Shown: piece after piece, positions 45,811 to 57,856 of the stretch
Layout of the letters: every line of letters begins with the position of its first letter
Numbering within the stretch: the stretch's first letter is position 1
Assembly: GCF_003018255.1 (NCBI RefSeq)
Contig: NZ_CP027440.1
Source of the DNA: Escherichia coli
Lineage (GTDB): Bacteria; Pseudomonadota; Gammaproteobacteria; Enterobacterales; Enterobacteriaceae
Strand: one strand, 5' to 3'
DNA length: 64,000 nt
Position numbers and translations under genes: made by a program
Notes under the pieces: generated by a model
The model's input: only the letters and a program-made list of their open reading frames with translations
Told to the model about the DNA's origin: nothing
Databases searched by the model: none

Positions 45811-47003
45811 CAGATTTCCCCTCGTGCTTTCAAAATATCGTGAACGGTGAAGATGTCTTTATCGCCGCGACCGGAAAGGTTAACCACCAGTAGCTGCTCT
45901 TTTTCCGGGTTTTCGCGCATCATTTTCAGCGCATGGGCCAGGGCGTGGGAGGACTCCAGCGCCGGGATAATCCCTTCGTGCAGGCAGAGCGTTTTGAAGG
46001 CTTCCAGTGCTTCATCATCGGTAATTGACACGTAATCAGCGCGTCCAGTGCTGTTAAGATACGCGTGTTGTGGGCCGACAGACGGGAAATCCAGTCCGGC
46101 GGAGATGGAGTAAGATTCTTCAATCTGTCCGTCTTCGGTTTGCATCATCGGCGCTTTCATACCGAAATAGATGCCCACGCGACCGTGTTTTAACGGTGCG
46201 CCGTGCTCGCCAGTTTCGATACCGTGACCGCCTGGTTCGACACCAATCAGGCCGACGTTGGTTTCATTGATGAAATCAGCAAACATGCCGATGGCATTCG
46301 AACCGCCGCCAACACAGGCGATAACCGCATCCGGCAGGCGACCTTCTCTTTCCAGAATCTGCGCTTTCGTTTCTTCGCCAATCATTCGCTGAAACTCACG
46401 CACAATGGTCGGGTAAGGATGCGGGCCAGCCGCGGTGCCCAGCATATAGTGCGCGGTTTCATAACTGCCGGACCAGTCGCGTAGCGCCTCATTACAGGCA
46501 TCTTTCAGCGTCGCGGAACCGCTATGCACCGGGATCACTTCCGCACCCATTAAGCGCATACGAAAAACGTTAGGCGACTGGCGCTCGACGTCTTTGGCAC
46601 CCATATAAATGCGACATTTCAGGCCGAGCAGGGCGCTGGCAAGGGCCGACGCCACGCCATGCTGACCGGCTCCGGTTTCGGCGATGATTTCCGTTTTTCC
46701 CATCCGCTTCGCCAGCAACGCCTGGCCGAGCACCTGGTTGGTTTTATGCGCGCCGCCGTGCAGCAAATCTTCGCGCTTCAGATACAGCGTGGTGTTCGTG
46801 CCAGCCGTAATGTTCTGGCATTTGGTCAGTGCGGTTGGACGCCCGGCATAGTTTTTCAGCAGGTCGTTGAACTGGGCCTGAAATTCAGGATCTTTTTGCG
46901 CGCTGACAAAAGCTTCTTCCAGCTGGCGCAGAGCAGGCATCAGGATTTGTGGCACGTACATGCCGCCAAACTCACCAAAATACGGGTTAAGTAATGTTGT
47001 CAT
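45810..47003 (-). CDS. trpB: tryptophan synthase beta chain
   Basis: 397 aa, [21 protein letters not shown].., PLP-binding motifs; 1-nt overlap with trpA start. Confidence 0.95.
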   Translation of the reverse strand: MTTLLNPYFGEFGGMYVPQILMPALRQLEEAFVSAQKDPEFQAQFNDLLKNYAGRPTALTKCQNITAGTNTTLYLKREDLLHGGAHKTNQVLGQALLAKRMGKTEIIAETGAGQHGVASALASALLGLKCRIYMGAKDVERQSPNVFRMRLMGAEVIPVHSGSATLKDACNEALRDWSGSYETAHYMLGTAAGPHPYPTIVREFQRMIGEETKAQILEREGRLPDAVIACVGGGSNAIGMFADFINETNVGLIGVEPGGHGIETGEHGAPLKHGRVGIYFGMKAPMMQTEDGQIEESYSISAGLDFPSVGPQHAYLNSTGRADYVSITDDEALEAFKTLCLHEGIIPALESSHALAHALKMMRENPEKEQLLVVNLSGRGDKDIFTVHDILKARGEI

Positions 47004-47014
47004 TGTTCCTTTCC

Positions 47015-48376
47015 TTAATATGCGCGCAGCGTCTGGAAAACCGAGGCCAAAAGACGTGCGTCTTTGATGCCCGGTTGCGACTCTACAGCAGAATTAAAAT
47101 CAAGTCCGGCGCAGCCGGTTTGTGCCGCTTCCACGCAGTTATCTGCGCCTAAGCCCCCCGCCAGCAGAACGTTGCCAAGCGATTGACCGTTTAACAGTGA
47201 CCAGTCGAAACGTTGCCCGCTTCCACCCTGGCCGTTGTCGAAAACATATTTATCAACGTGCTGAAGCTCGCGGGCGGGCAGGGTTTCACCGACGCTTAAT
47301 GCTTTCCAGATGGCAACGTTTTCAGGCAGCGCACCACGCAGCGTATCGATATACAGCTGATCTTCATTACCATGCAGTTGCACTGCTGCCAGCGATAACA
47401 CCTTAGCTTTGTCCACCACATCGGCAATATCGTGATTGCGGAACACGCCAACATACTGCAACGGTGCCGCAGCCATCACTTCCTGCGCCTGTTCAACGTT
47501 GACGCAACGCGGTGATGTCGCAACAAAAATCAACCCACCGTAAATCGCGCCCGCGTCATAAGCTGCTTTAGCATCTTGCCCACGCGTCAGGCCACATACT
47601 TTATTCTCACCCAGCAACACCCGGCGCACGGCGGCGTTCAAATCGTCATGGGCCATCAACGCCGAACCAATCAGAAAACCGTTAGCGAAGTGGCTTAACT
47701 CGCGCACCTGAGCGTAAGTATTGATGCCGGATTCGCTGATTACCGTCACGTTGTGCCCCAGTTTCGGCGCAAGCTCGCGGGTACGGTTGAGATCAATCGA
47801 CAAATCACGCAGATCGCGGTTGTTGATGCCAACGACCTTTGCCCCCAATGCAATGGCACGCTCCAGTTCCTCTTCATTACTGACTTCGGTCAGCACACCC
47901 ATCTCCAGACTGTGGGCGACGGCAGCAAGCTGGCGATATTGTTCGTCATCCAGTACTGAAAGCATTAATAAGCAGGCATCGGCCTGGTAATAGCGCGCCA
48001 GATAGATCTGGTAAGGATCGATAATGAAGTCTTTACATAAAATCGGCTGCGGGGCGATTTGGCTGACGATGGGGAGGAAATCAAAGCTCCCCTGAAAATA
48101 TTTCTCATCAGTCAGCACCGAAATTGCCGAAGCGTAATGTTTATAAATGGCGGCAATGCGTGCCGGATCGAAATCATCACGGATCACGCCTTTTGACGGC
48201 GACGCTTTTTTACACTCCAGAATAAACGCCGTGCGTGCGCCCTGAAGTGCATCATAAAAATGTCGCGTGCTCGGCTGAACCTCATTCTGAAAACTGGCCA
48301 GCGGTTGCTGCTGTTTGCGGGTTTCTACCCAAATCGCCTTGTCTGCGACGATTTTCGCTAAAACGGTTTGCATCAT
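47015..48376 (-). CDS. trpC: bifunctional indole-3-glycerol-phosphate synthase / PRA isomerase
   Basis: 453 aa, [18 protein letters not shown].. Confidence 0.95.
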   Translation of the reverse strand: MMQTVLAKIVADKAIWVETRKQQQPLASFQNEVQPSTRHFYDALQGARTAFILECKKASPSKGVIRDDFDPARIAAIYKHYASAISVLTDEKYFQGSFDFLPIVSQIAPQPILCKDFIIDPYQIYLARYYQADACLLMLSVLDDEQYRQLAAVAHSLEMGVLTEVSNEEELERAIALGAKVVGINNRDLRDLSIDLNRTRELAPKLGHNVTVISESGINTYAQVRELSHFANGFLIGSALMAHDDLNAAVRRVLLGENKVCGLTRGQDAKAAYDAGAIYGGLIFVATSPRCVNVEQAQEVMAAAPLQYVGVFRNHDIADVVDKAKVLSLAAVQLHGNEDQLYIDTLRGALPENVAIWKALSVGETLPARELQHVDKYVFDNGQGGSGQRFDWSLLNGQSLGNVLLAGGLGADNCVEAAQTGCAGLDFNSAVESQPGIKDARLLASVFQTLRAY

Positions 48377-49972
48377 TTACCCTCGTGCCGCCAGTGCGGT
48401 GACTCTGTCGTAAGCGGAACCACTGCGCAGTACCTCAAGAACGGTTTGCGCATTGGCTTGCAGATCTTCATGGCCATGCAGGCGCATTAACATGGCGACA
48501 TTCGCCGCGACGGCTGCTTCGTGAGCGGCGTCGCCTTTACCTTGTAACAAGCGTGTTAAAATGTCACGGTTTTCTTCCGGTGTTCCGCCTGCCAGTTGCT
48601 CCTGGTGGTAGGGTGTCAGGCCAAAATCTTCAGCGGTCAATTGATAGCTCTTAATTTCACCGTCATGCAGTTCGGCAACGATTGTCGGCGCGTGTAATGA
48701 AACTTCATCCATCCCGCCACTGTGCACTACCGCAGCGCGTTGATACCCCAGCACGCGCAAGGTTTCGGCAATCGGTAGCACCAGTTCCGGACTATAAACA
48801 CCAATTAACGCCAGCGGCGGATGCGCCGGGTTAATCAATGGCCCCAGCACATTGAACAGGGTGCGGGTTTTCAGTTGCTGGCGAACCGGCATCGCGTGGC
48901 GGAATCCGGTGTGATATTTCGGCGCAAAGAGGAAACAGACGCCTAACTCATCCAGCGCCTGGCGCGATTTATCGGCGTTCATATCAAGATTAATACCGAA
49001 TGCCGCCAGCAGATCCGACGAACCGGATTTACTGGAGACGCTACGGTTGCCGTGTTTCGCCACTTTCAGCCCACAGGCCGCGGCGACAAACGCACTGGCG
49101 GTAGAAATATTGATACTGTTACTGCCGTCACCACCGGTACCGACGATATCGGCAAACAGATAATCAGGGCGCGGGAACGGCGCAGCATTTTCCAGAAGGG
49201 CAGTTGCTGCCCCGGCGATTTCGTTCGGGTGCTCGCCACGAATTTTCATGCTTACCAGAGCCGCCGCGAGCTGTTCTGGCTTCAGCTCGCCACGCACCAC
49301 CGCTGAAAACAGCTGGTGGCTTTCTTGCTGGCTAAGCGTCTGCGCCTGATACAGTTTTTCCAGAATCGGTTGCAGCGTGTTAGTCGGTTCCAGTTTCTGC
49401 TGCGCCCAGGCCAATGTTTGTTCCAGCAGGCGAGCGCCCTGGGTAGTAAGAATGGATTCCGGATGGAACTGGAATCCACAAACGCGATCTGCATCGTGAC
49501 GCACCGCCATCACCATGCCATTAAAATGGGCGTTGATGGTTAAACCGGCCGGAATGTTACTGCCAACCAGCGAGTGATAACGCGCCACTGGCAGCGGGTT
49601 TGTTAATCCGGCAAACATCGCCTGACCGTCATGTTCAATGCTGGAGGCTTTACCGTGAAGAATTTCGCCCGCCTGACCGACATAGCCCCCGTAAGCTTCG
49701 ACAATTGCCTGATGTCCGAGGCAAATGCCAATAATTGGCAGCTTGCCACGCAAGCGGGTGAGGAGTTCCGGCATACAACCGGCTTCGCTCGGCACACCGG
49801 GGCCAGGAGAAAGCATCAGCACCGGATTGCTCATCGTCGCCAGGCGTTCAATTAAGGTCTGCGCCGGAACATGGTTGCGGTAAATCACCACGTTATGACC
49901 ATTGCTGCGCAACTGATCTGCCAGGTTGTACGTAAAAGAGTCGATATTATCGAGCAGCAGAATGTCAGCCAT
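48377..49972 (-). CDS. trpD: anthranilate synthase component II / anthranilate phosphoribosyltransferase
   Basis: 531 aa, glutamine amidotransferase N-domain plus PRT domain; overlaps trpE stop. Confidence 0.95.
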   Translation of the reverse strand: MADILLLDNIDSFTYNLADQLRSNGHNVVIYRNHVPAQTLIERLATMSNPVLMLSPGPGVPSEAGCMPELLTRLRGKLPIIGICLGHQAIVEAYGGYVGQAGEILHGKASSIEHDGQAMFAGLTNPLPVARYHSLVGSNIPAGLTINAHFNGMVMAVRHDADRVCGFQFHPESILTTQGARLLEQTLAWAQQKLEPTNTLQPILEKLYQAQTLSQQESHQLFSAVVRGELKPEQLAAALVSMKIRGEHPNEIAGAATALLENAAPFPRPDYLFADIVGTGGDGSNSINISTASAFVAAACGLKVAKHGNRSVSSKSGSSDLLAAFGINLDMNADKSRQALDELGVCFLFAPKYHTGFRHAMPVRQQLKTRTLFNVLGPLINPAHPPLALIGVYSPELVLPIAETLRVLGYQRAAVVHSGGMDEVSLHAPTIVAELHDGEIKSYQLTAEDFGLTPYHQEQLAGGTPEENRDILTRLLQGKGDAAHEAAVAANVAMLMRLHGHEDLQANAQTVLEVLRSGSAYDRVTALAARG

Positions 49973-51534
49973 CAGAACGTCTCCTGTGCATGATGCGCGG
50001 TGGCAATAGCGCGCAGTACAGCGCGGGCTTTATTACGGGTTTCGTCGGCTTCCGACTGCGGAACAGAATCAAGGACTACGCCAGCACCGGCTTGCACGGT
50101 GGCGATACCGTTTTCCACCAGCGCCGAGCGGATCACAATGCAGGTGTCGAGATCGCCATGCGCGGTAAAATAACCTACCGCGCCGCCGTAGCTGCCGCGT
50201 CGACGACCTTCTGCTTCGGCAATTAACTGCATAGCGCGCACTTTCGGCGCACCGCTTAATGTCCCCATATTCATACAGGCGCGGTAAGCGTGCAGGGCGT
50301 CGAGATCGTGGCGCAGCTCACCGACCACGCGGGAGACGAGGTGCATCACATAAGAATAACGGTCAACTTTGGTGAGATCGGCGACGTAGCGACTACCGGG
50401 AGTGCAAATACGCGCCAGGTCATTACGGGCGAGATCCACTAGCATCAGATGTTCAGAAAGCTCTTTATGATCGGTACGCATTTCCAGTTCGATGCGGCTG
50501 TCGAGGTCTCTGTCCAGTGAACCATCGGCACGACGACCGCGTGGACGTGTTCCGGCAATCGGGTAGATCTCAATCTGGCGGCTGGTGGCGTCATACTTGA
50601 GCGAACTTTCCGGCGACGCGCCAAACAGGGTGAAATCATTATCCTGCATAAAAAACATGTACGGGCTGGGATTACTCTTTTTCAGCACGTAATAGGCCGC
50701 CAGCGGTGACGGGCAGGGCAGAGAGAAACGGCGAGATGGCACCACCTGGAAAATTTCTCCGGCGCGAATCGCTTTTTGCAGCGAACGCACTACGCCACCG
50801 AACTCTTCATCACTCTGGTTACATTCACAACGCATATGCGGCACGGAAACCACCGGCAGCGGCGGCGCGGCTTCGGTCAGTTGCTGACGTAGTTCGTTCA
50901 GGCGAGCAGTGAGACGTTGTTTTTCTTCTTCATTCGGAGCAAACAGGCTGGCCTGAATACGGGTGCTTTTTTTCTGATGGTCAATCACCATCAGCGTTTC
51001 AGCGAGATAAAAACAGAAATCAGGACAGTTATTTTCCGCTGCCAGTTGTGGTAAATCTTCAAATCCCGCCACAAGGTCATAAGAGAACAGACCGCCGAAG
51101 AACATTGCTTCTCGTTCTTCATTCGGTACATTCAACAGACTCTGCAATAAGCGGAAAGCGTCAAAAACCGAAAGGGAGCATAAGCGAGCGTCTTCATCCA
51201 GCAGTGGACTGACAGGGGGGAAGCGCAGCACACGGCAGTTTGGTGATTGTTCATTTTCCACACCCGCAGGCAGGGCGTTATCCAGTAGTGCCAGCAGGGC
51301 TTCGCCATTGCCGGAAAGTGCCTGGATTGTGACAGTGTCACCTAAAGCTGTAATGCGCAGCGCACTGTCTACCAGCAGCAGGCTTTTTAAATCATCTTTG
51401 CTGTCGATATCTGCGGATTCCAGTAGCAGCGTTGCTGGACGATCCTCACACAACTGGTGAAAAAGCGCGGTGGGATTGTCGCGATAAGCGCCTTCGCAGG
51501 TTAGCAGTTCGAGAGTCGGTTTTTGTGTTTGCAT
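49972..51534 (-). CDS. trpE: anthranilate synthase component I
   Basis: 520 aa, [28 protein letters not shown].. Confidence 0.95.
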   Translation of the reverse strand: MQTQKPTLELLTCEGAYRDNPTALFHQLCEDRPATLLLESADIDSKDDLKSLLLVDSALRITALGDTVTIQALSGNGEALLALLDNALPAGVENEQSPNCRVLRFPPVSPLLDEDARLCSLSVFDAFRLLQSLLNVPNEEREAMFFGGLFSYDLVAGFEDLPQLAAENNCPDFCFYLAETLMVIDHQKKSTRIQASLFAPNEEEKQRLTARLNELRQQLTEAAPPLPVVSVPHMRCECNQSDEEFGGVVRSLQKAIRAGEIFQVVPSRRFSLPCPSPLAAYYVLKKSNPSPYMFFMQDNDFTLFGASPESSLKYDATSRQIEIYPIAGTRPRGRRADGSLDRDLDSRIELEMRTDHKELSEHLMLVDLARNDLARICTPGSRYVADLTKVDRYSYVMHLVSRVVGELRHDLDALHAYRACMNMGTLSGAPKVRAMQLIAEAEGRRRGSYGGAVGYFTAHGDLDTCIVIRSALVENGIATVQAGAGVVLDSVPQSEADETRNKARAVLRAIATAHHAQETF

Positions 51535-51555
51535 TGTTATTCTCTAATTTTGTTC

Positions 51556-51582
51556 AAAAAAAAGCCCGCTCATTAGGCGGGC
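51556..51582 (-). terminator. trp attenuator terminator
   Basis: Minus-strand AGCCCGCCTAATGAGCGGGCT hairpin followed by T8, between trpL and trpE. Confidence 0.85.
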
Positions 51583-51625
51583 TGGGTATCTGATTGCTTT
51601 ACGCATGGTGAATACACTGCCCGTT

Positions 51626-51670
51626 TCAGGAAGTGCGCCACCAACCTTTCAGTACGAAAATTGCTTTCAT
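51626..51670 (-). CDS. trpL: trp operon leader peptide ([14 protein letters not shown])
   Basis: 14-codon ORF with tandem Trp codons read directly from the minus strand. Confidence 0.85.
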
Positions 51671-51696
51671 TGTCGATACCCTTTTTACGTGAACTT

Positions 51697-51732
51697 GCGT
51701 ACTAGTTAACTAGTTCGATGATTAATTGTCAA
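51697..51732 (-). promoter_or_regulatory. trp promoter and TrpR operator
   Basis: Minus-strand TTGACAATTAATCATCGAACTAGTTAACTAGTACGCAAG: -35 TTGACA, -10 TTAACT and the palindromic operator. Confidence 0.85.
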
Positions 51733-51807
51733 CAGCTCATTTCAGAATATTTGCCAGAACCGTTATGATGTCGGCGCAAAAAACATTATCCAGAACGGGA
51801 GTGCGCC

Positions 51808-52689
51808 TTGAGCGACACGAATTACGCAGTGATTTACGACCTGCACAGCCATACCACAGCTTCCGATGGCTGCCTGACGCCAGAAGCATTGGTGCACCGT
51901 GCAGTCGAGATGCGCGTCGGCACCCTGGCGATCACCGACCATGACACCACAGCTGCAATCGCGCCAGCAAGAGAGGAAATTTCACGTTCGGGACTGGCGC
52001 TGAATCTTATACCCGGCGTGGAAATTTCCACGGTCTGGGAAAATCATGAAATTCATATTGTCGGGCTGAATATTGATATTACTCATCCGCTAATGTGTGA
52101 GTTCCTCGCGCAGCAGACAGAACGGCGCAATCAGCGGGCGCAGGTGATTGCCGAAAGACTTGAAAAAGCGCAAATACCTGGGGCGCTGGAAGGCGCACAA
52201 CGACTGGCGCAGGGCGGCGCAGTGACGCGCGGTCATTTTGCGCGTTTCCTTGTTGAGTGCGGCAAAGCCAGTTCAATGGCGGATGTCTTTAAAAAGTATC
52301 TGGCGCGCGGGAAAACCGGATACGTTCCGCCACAGTGGTGTACAATAGAACAAGCTATTGATGTCATTCATCATTCTGGCGGTAAGGCGGTGCTAGCTCA
52401 TCCTGGGCGGTACAATCTTAGTGCTAAATGGCTGAAAAGATTGGTTGCGCATTTTGCCGAACACCACGGCGACGCGATGGAAGTCGCGCAGTGCCAGCAA
52501 TCGCCCAATGAACGCACCCAGCTGGCGACACTTGCGCGTCAGCATCATTTATGGGCATCACAAGGATCTGATTTTCATCAGCCATGCCCGTGGATCGAAC
52601 TGGGTCGTAAACTCTGGCTGCCCGCAGGCGTTGAAGGCGTCTGGCAGCTATGGGAACAGCCGCAGAACACCACAGAGAGGGAATTATGA
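51808..52689 (+). CDS. yciV: PHP-family phosphoesterase YciV (TrpH)
   Basis: 293 aa, TTG start after GGAG; MSDTNYAVIYDLHSHTTASDG.. PHP-domain His motifs. Confidence 0.8.
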   Translation: MSDTNYAVIYDLHSHTTASDGCLTPEALVHRAVEMRVGTLAITDHDTTAAIAPAREEISRSGLALNLIPGVEISTVWENHEIHIVGLNIDITHPLMCEFLAQQTERRNQRAQVIAERLEKAQIPGALEGAQRLAQGGAVTRGHFARFLVECGKASSMADVFKKYLARGKTGYVPPQWCTIEQAIDVIHHSGGKAVLAHPGRYNLSAKWLKRLVAHFAEHHGDAMEVAQCQQSPNERTQLATLARQHHLWASQGSDFHQPCPWIELGRKLWLPAGVEGVWQLWEQPQNTTEREL

Positions 52690-53306
52690 GCCAGTTTTTT
52701 TATATTCATCCTGATAATCCGCAGCAACGTCTGATCAACCAAGCGGTGGAGATCGTGCGTAAAGGCGGGGTGATTGTTTATCCAACCGATTCCGGCTATG
52801 CGCTCGGCTGTAAAATTGAAGATAAAAACGCCATGGAGCGTATTTGTCGAATTCGCCAGCTGCCGGACGGTCACAACTTTACCCTGATGTGTCGCGATCT
52901 TTCTGAGCTCTCGACCTATTCATTCGTGGATAACGTTGCGTTTCGTTTGATGAAAAACAACACGCCGGGCAACTACACCTTCATCCTGAAAGGGACGAAG
53001 GAGGTGCCACGCCGTCTGTTGCAGGAAAAACGCAAAACCATCGGTATGCGTGTGCCTTCTAACCCGATTGCGCAGGCGTTGCTTGAAGCACTGGGCGAAC
53101 CGATGCTTTCCACTTCGCTAATGCTGCCAGGCAGCGAATTTACCGAATCCGATCCGGAAGAAATTAAAGACCGTCTGGAAAAACAGGTGGACTTGATTAT
53201 TCACGGCGGCTATCTCGGGCAGAAACCAACAACGGTTATTGATCTTACTGATGATACGCCGGTCGTGGTGCGTGAAGGCGTAGGTGATGTGAAGCCTTTC
53301 TTATAA
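52686..53306 (+). CDS. yciO: YrdC/Sua5-family protein YciO
   Basis: 206 aa from MSQFFYIHPDNPQQR..; ATGA overlap with yciV. Confidence 0.8.
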   Translation: MSQFFYIHPDNPQQRLINQAVEIVRKGGVIVYPTDSGYALGCKIEDKNAMERICRIRQLPDGHNFTLMCRDLSELSTYSFVDNVAFRLMKNNTPGNYTFILKGTKEVPRRLLQEKRKTIGMRVPSNPIAQALLEALGEPMLSTSLMLPGSEFTESDPEEIKDRLEKQVDLIIHGGYLGQKPTTVIDLTDDTPVVVREGVGDVKPFL

Positions 53307-53333
53307 CAAATTGCGTTCCACGGATGGAAGACT

Positions 53334-55229
53334 ATGGCAGGGATATATCGCTGCATTTTGCTGTTGATAGTTGGGCTTTTTTTCTCTTCGTTGAGTTATC
53401 CGAAAAACACGGAGATCCCTTTTTATGAAGAAGGGATCTCGCTCTTTGATGTTGAAGCCACTCTGCAACTGGATGGGGTGCTCGACATCAAAGAAAATAT
53501 TCATTTTCAGGCGCGAAATCAGCAGATTAAGCATGGATTTTATCGTGATTTACCACGACTCTGGATGCAGCCTGATGGGGACGCTGCACTGCTGAACTAT
53601 CATATTGTTGGCGTCACCCGTGATGGTGTTCCTGAACCCTGGCATCTTGACTGGCATATCGGTTTAATGAGTATCGTCGTGGGCGATAAACAACGTTTCT
53701 TGCCTCAAGGTGACTATCATTATCAAATTCATTATCAGGTTAAAAATGCTTTCCTGCGTGAGGGAGATTCTGATCTGTTAATCTGGAACGTGACCGGTAA
53801 CAAGTGGCCGTTTGAAATCTATAAGACCCGATTTTCTCTCCAGTTGCCTGATATTGCGGGTAATCCATTTAGCGAAATTGATCTCTTTACTGGAGAAGAG
53901 GGCGACACATATCGAAATGGCCGCATCCTTGAGGACGGAAGAATTGAATCCCGCGATCCGTTTTATCGTGAAGACTTCACGGTCCTCTATCGCTGGCCTC
54001 ACGCTTTACTTGGTAATGCCCCGGCACCACAAACGACGAATATTTTCAGCCATCTTCTTTTACCCTCCACGTCATCGTTGTTAATTTGGTTTCCGTGTCT
54101 ATTCCTGGTTTGTGGATGGTTATATCTCTGGAAGCGCAGGCCGCAATTTACGCCGGTAGATGTGATTGAAACCGATGTCATTCCGCCAGATTACACGCCC
54201 GGCATGTTACGTCTCGATGCGAAGCTGGTTTACGACGATAAAGGTTTTTGTGCCGATATCGTAAATCTGATTGTGAAAGGAAAAGTTCATCTGGAAGATC
54301 AGTATGACAAGAACCAGCAAATCCTGATTCGTGTTAATGAAGGCGCGACCAGAAATAATGCGGTATTACTGCCCGCAGAGCAGTTATTACTGGAAGCGTT
54401 ATTTCGTAAAGGCGATAAGGTCGTTCTTACGGGGAGACGCAACAGAGTCTTACGCAGTGCATTTTTACGGATGCAGAAATTTTATCTGCCGCGTAAAAAG
54501 TCTTCGTTTTACCGACCTGATACGTTTTTGCAATGGGGCGGAATGGCAATATTGGCGGTCATTCTCTACGGTAACCTGAGTCCCGTAGGCTGGGCAGGAA
54601 TGAGTCTGGTGGGCGATATGTTTATTATGATCTGCTGGCTTCTTCCTTTTTTATTTTGTTCCCTTGAGCTTTTGTTTGCCCGCGATGATGACAAGCCTTG
54701 CGTTAATCGTGTAATCATCACTTTGTTTTTACCACTGATTTGTTCAGGTGTGGCCTTCTATTCTCTCTATATCAATGTCGGAGATGTATTCTTTTACTGG
54801 TATATGCCAGCGGGTTATTTTAGCGCTGTTTTCCTGACCGGTTATCTCACTGGCATAGGGTATATTTTTCTGCCAAAGTTTACCCAAACTGGGCAGCAAC
54901 GTTATGCCCACGGTGAAGCTATCGTTAACTATCTTGCGCGTAAAGAGGCGGCAACACACAGTGGGCGGCGGCGGAAAGGGGAAACACGGAAACTGGATTA
55001 CGCGTTGTTAGGTTGGGCGGTCTCGGCAAACCTTGGCAGAGAATGGGCAGCACGTATCACCCCATCACTCACAGCGGCTGTTAGCGACCCGGAAATTGCC
55101 CGTAGTGGCGTTTTATTCTCATTGCAGACGCACCTGAGTTGCGGGGCCTATACCAGTTTGTTGGGGCGGAGCTATTCCGGTGGTGGTGCTGGTGGCGGTG
55201 CAGGTGGCGGAGGCGGCGGTGGCTGGTAA
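53334..55229 (+). CDS. yciQ: membrane protein YciQ
   Basis: 631 aa, N-terminal signal/TM and several C-terminal TM segments, Gly-rich tail; synteny. Confidence 0.65.
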   Translation: MAGIYRCILLLIVGLFFSSLSYPKNTEIPFYEEGISLFDVEATLQLDGVLDIKENIHFQARNQQIKHGFYRDLPRLWMQPDGDAALLNYHIVGVTRDGVPEPWHLDWHIGLMSIVVGDKQRFLPQGDYHYQIHYQVKNAFLREGDSDLLIWNVTGNKWPFEIYKTRFSLQLPDIAGNPFSEIDLFTGEEGDTYRNGRILEDGRIESRDPFYREDFTVLYRWPHALLGNAPAPQTTNIFSHLLLPSTSSLLIWFPCLFLVCGWLYLWKRRPQFTPVDVIETDVIPPDYTPGMLRLDAKLVYDDKGFCADIVNLIVKGKVHLEDQYDKNQQILIRVNEGATRNNAVLLPAEQLLLEALFRKGDKVVLTGRRNRVLRSAFLRMQKFYLPRKKSSFYRPDTFLQWGGMAILAVILYGNLSPVGWAGMSLVGDMFIMICWLLPFLFCSLELLFARDDDKPCVNRVIITLFLPLICSGVAFYSLYINVGDVFFYWYMPAGYFSAVFLTGYLTGIGYIFLPKFTQTGQQRYAHGEAIVNYLARKEAATHSGRRRKGETRKLDYALLGWAVSANLGREWAARITPSLTAAVSDPEIARSGVLFSLQTHLSCGAYTSLLGRSYSGGGAGGGAGGGGGGGW

Positions 55230-55439
55230 TCAAGCTGATGTTAATCGAAACAAGCTTTAACCATAAAGATAGTGTAGTATGTTGCGCCTCAAAGCCAGGC
55301 CGATAAACGTCGAGTCGTTTACTTAAGGCCTGAAGAGTTCAAACAGACTTTACTATCAGTGAGTCAGATGTAGGTTCTGACTCACTGTTGCACAAAAGCA
55401 TATCAGACGCCTGGGAAGGCGACACCAAAAGGAAGCTCT

Positions 55440-56315
55440 ATGAGCGAAAAGCTACAGAAAGTGCTGGCGCGTGCCGGCCACGGTTCTCGCCGTGAAATCG
55501 AATCTATTATTGAAGCCGGTCGTGTGAGTGTTGATGGCAAAATTGCTAAACTCGGCGATCGTGTTGAAATTACCCCTGGATTGAAAATCCGTATCGATGG
55601 TCACCTGATTTCGGTACGTGAGTCCGCTGAACAAATTTGTCGCGTTCTGGCCTATTACAAACCGGAAGGTGAGTTGTGTACCCGTAACGATCCGGAAGGG
55701 CGTCCAACGGTGTTTGACCGTCTGCCAAAGCTGCGTGGCGCACGCTGGATTGCCGTAGGTCGTCTGGACGTTAACACCTGTGGTCTGCTGCTGTTCACCA
55801 CCGACGGTGAACTGGCAAACCGTTTAATGCATCCAAGCCGTGAAGTTGAACGTGAATATGCCGTGCGTGTATTTGGTCAGGTTGACGACGCGAAACTGCG
55901 TGATTTGAGTCGTGGCGTGCAGCTGGAAGATGGTCCGGCAGCCTTTAAAACCATCAAGTTCAGCGGCGGCGAAGGGATCAACCAGTGGTACAACGTAACT
56001 CTGACCGAAGGCCGTAACCGTGAAGTTCGTCGTCTTTGGGAAGCGGTTGGTGTGCAGGTAAGCCGCCTGATCCGTGTTCGTTACGGTGATATCCCACTGC
56101 CGAAAGGTCTGCCACGCGGTGGCTGGACGGAGCTGGATCTCGCCCAGACTAACTATCTGCGCGAACTGGTGGAGCTACCGCCAGAAACCAGCTCTAAAGT
56201 CGCTGTAGAAAAAGACCGTCGTCGTATGAAGGCGAATCAGATTCGTCGAGCGGTTAAGCGTCACAGTCAGGTGAGCGGCGGTCGTCGTTCTGGCGGACGT
56301 AATAATAACGGTTAA
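55440..56315 (+). CDS. rluB: 23S rRNA pseudouridine synthase RluB
   Basis: 291 aa, S4 domain plus pseudouridine synthase core, basic Arg/Gly-rich C-terminus. Confidence 0.85.
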   Translation: MSEKLQKVLARAGHGSRREIESIIEAGRVSVDGKIAKLGDRVEITPGLKIRIDGHLISVRESAEQICRVLAYYKPEGELCTRNDPEGRPTVFDRLPKLRGARWIAVGRLDVNTCGLLLFTTDGELANRLMHPSREVEREYAVRVFGQVDDAKLRDLSRGVQLEDGPAAFKTIKFSGGEGINQWYNVTLTEGRNREVRRLWEAVGVQVSRLIRVRYGDIPLPKGLPRGGWTELDLAQTNYLRELVELPPETSSKVAVEKDRRRMKANQIRRAVKRHSQVSGGRRSGGRNNNG

Positions 56316-56484
56316 TTTAAGATAAGTATAAAATAAAGGCCCTGCGGGGCCTTTTCTTCATTTGAAGCATGATAAATAGTCGCAGTATTTTAATTTAATT
56401 TCATACTTGCTTATGAATAATACCCGGAAATAGCCACATTACTATTTAATTATCTGAGATAAACTCAACGTCAAGAGGTGGGTT

Positions 56485-57486
56485 ATGATTAGATATAGTG
56501 GAATATTTCTATCGCTGTTAATGCTTTCAGGTTGTGCAACCGAAGCATTGAAAAACGAACAAGCTGAAACTGTTATTACTGCGGGTAACAAAGCAGTAGC
56601 GGCGAATGCAAGTTTCTTTAAACAATACTATGCTTCTCGTGAAAACTTCCTTGTTAATTTCTACGCGACTAATCCGGATTGTGCCCTGCGACCTGATTAT
56701 ACCATTGATATAGGCGGTGATGGGAATGGCGGAAAATTATGCCAGCGTTCAGGGCCAAATACAAAACAAGTACAATTAGTCCCTTTCGAGAAAGAAAAAT
56801 TACTGGCTTCAATGGAAGTCATTAATAGCATGAGCGCTTATGTGGAACTTCTGACAAAGGATATGGCAACTACGGAAAGTCAGCAAGTGGCATTACTTAA
56901 ACAGGCTCTGGATCACGCAAACAACGCACAAACACTACTTGGTGTTTCACATAGCAAAGATTTAGCTCAATCTGCAGCAGCGGTTAAAGATTTGGTAAAT
57001 TATTTCAATGAGTTATATATAATTAAAGTCAATTCTGGAAAAATAGGCAAAACGGTAGATGAAAACTGGGTAAGACTTATAAAAAACATGACTGTTTTGC
57101 GTAATGATATTTATACAAAAGGCGATAAGATTGAAAATTATACCTTTGCGAATGTACATAATAATATGATTTATTATAATGCGGTATCTAAAAACTCTAA
57201 GAATACAGAGTTTAACACTCTGAAAAACAGGAAGGAGTTTCTAAGTTCAGTAATCAATGTGAATGAAACCAGACTACAGGCATCGGCACCTGCCATGCCT
57301 GCGATTGAGGCTTTGAATGCCTTTATAGATAAGGGTGATTATCTGAAAAGCTTATACGTTAATAAAACACGCACGGCAGCTGAACAAAAAAGATTAAATG
57401 AAATATTACGCGCACAGGTCATTAGTGGGTTAAAGGCGTCTGAGGGGCTGGCAAAATTACTTATTGCCAGCGGAATAATGTTATAG
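56485..57486 (+). CDS. lipoprotein of unknown function (AT-rich islet)
   Basis: 333 aa, MIRYSGIFLSLLMLSGC lipobox, GAGGTGG RBS; Asn/Lys-rich, very AT-rich compared with flanking rluB/btuR. Confidence 0.6.
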   Translation: MIRYSGIFLSLLMLSGCATEALKNEQAETVITAGNKAVAANASFFKQYYASRENFLVNFYATNPDCALRPDYTIDIGGDGNGGKLCQRSGPNTKQVQLVPFEKEKLLASMEVINSMSAYVELLTKDMATTESQQVALLKQALDHANNAQTLLGVSHSKDLAQSAAAVKDLVNYFNELYIIKVNSGKIGKTVDENWVRLIKNMTVLRNDIYTKGDKIENYTFANVHNNMIYYNAVSKNSKNTEFNTLKNRKEFLSSVINVNETRLQASAPAMPAIEALNAFIDKGDYLKSLYVNKTRTAAEQKRLNEILRAQVISGLKASEGLAKLLIASGIML

Positions 57487-57496
57487 GAGGCTTTTT

Positions 57497-57805
57497 ATGA
57501 ACGATGTGCAAAACCGTAGAATACTGGCATTACTTGATATGCTGTATAATACTTTGGGTAATAAAACCACATGTAATGTTTGTCATAAATATTTTATCCT
57601 TATCCTCACGGTGATGAACAATCTGACGATTAACTACGGTACTGAAACTTCGCCAGAGTTAAGCGGAATCAGTTATGAAGATGCCAATGCGTTAATTACT
57701 GAACTGATATTATTTATTGAAGATGTTGACGCTGAGAATCATGAAGCATATCAGGGACATTTGAATGAGATTACACGTATTCTGAATTTCGCTATTGCCG
57801 CTTGA
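57497..57805 (+). CDS. small acidic cytoplasmic protein (islet partner gene)
   Basis: 102 aa, starts 10 nt after the lipoprotein stop with GGAGG RBS (operon-like); no family recognised. Confidence 0.5.
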   Translation: MNDVQNRRILALLDMLYNTLGNKTTCNVCHKYFILILTVMNNLTINYGTETSPELSGISYEDANALITELILFIEDVDAENHEAYQGHLNEITRILNFAIAA

Positions 57806-57819
57806 ATATAATCATGATT

Positions 57820-57855
57820 AAAGCACCTCAAGAGGCTTCTTTTGAGGTGCTTTCA
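57820..57855. terminator. bidirectional intrinsic terminator between islet and btuR
   Basis: AAGCACCTCAA-GAGGCTTC-TTTTGAGGTGCTT perfect 11-bp stem with A/T runs on both sides. Confidence 0.6.
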
Positions 57856-57856
57856 C

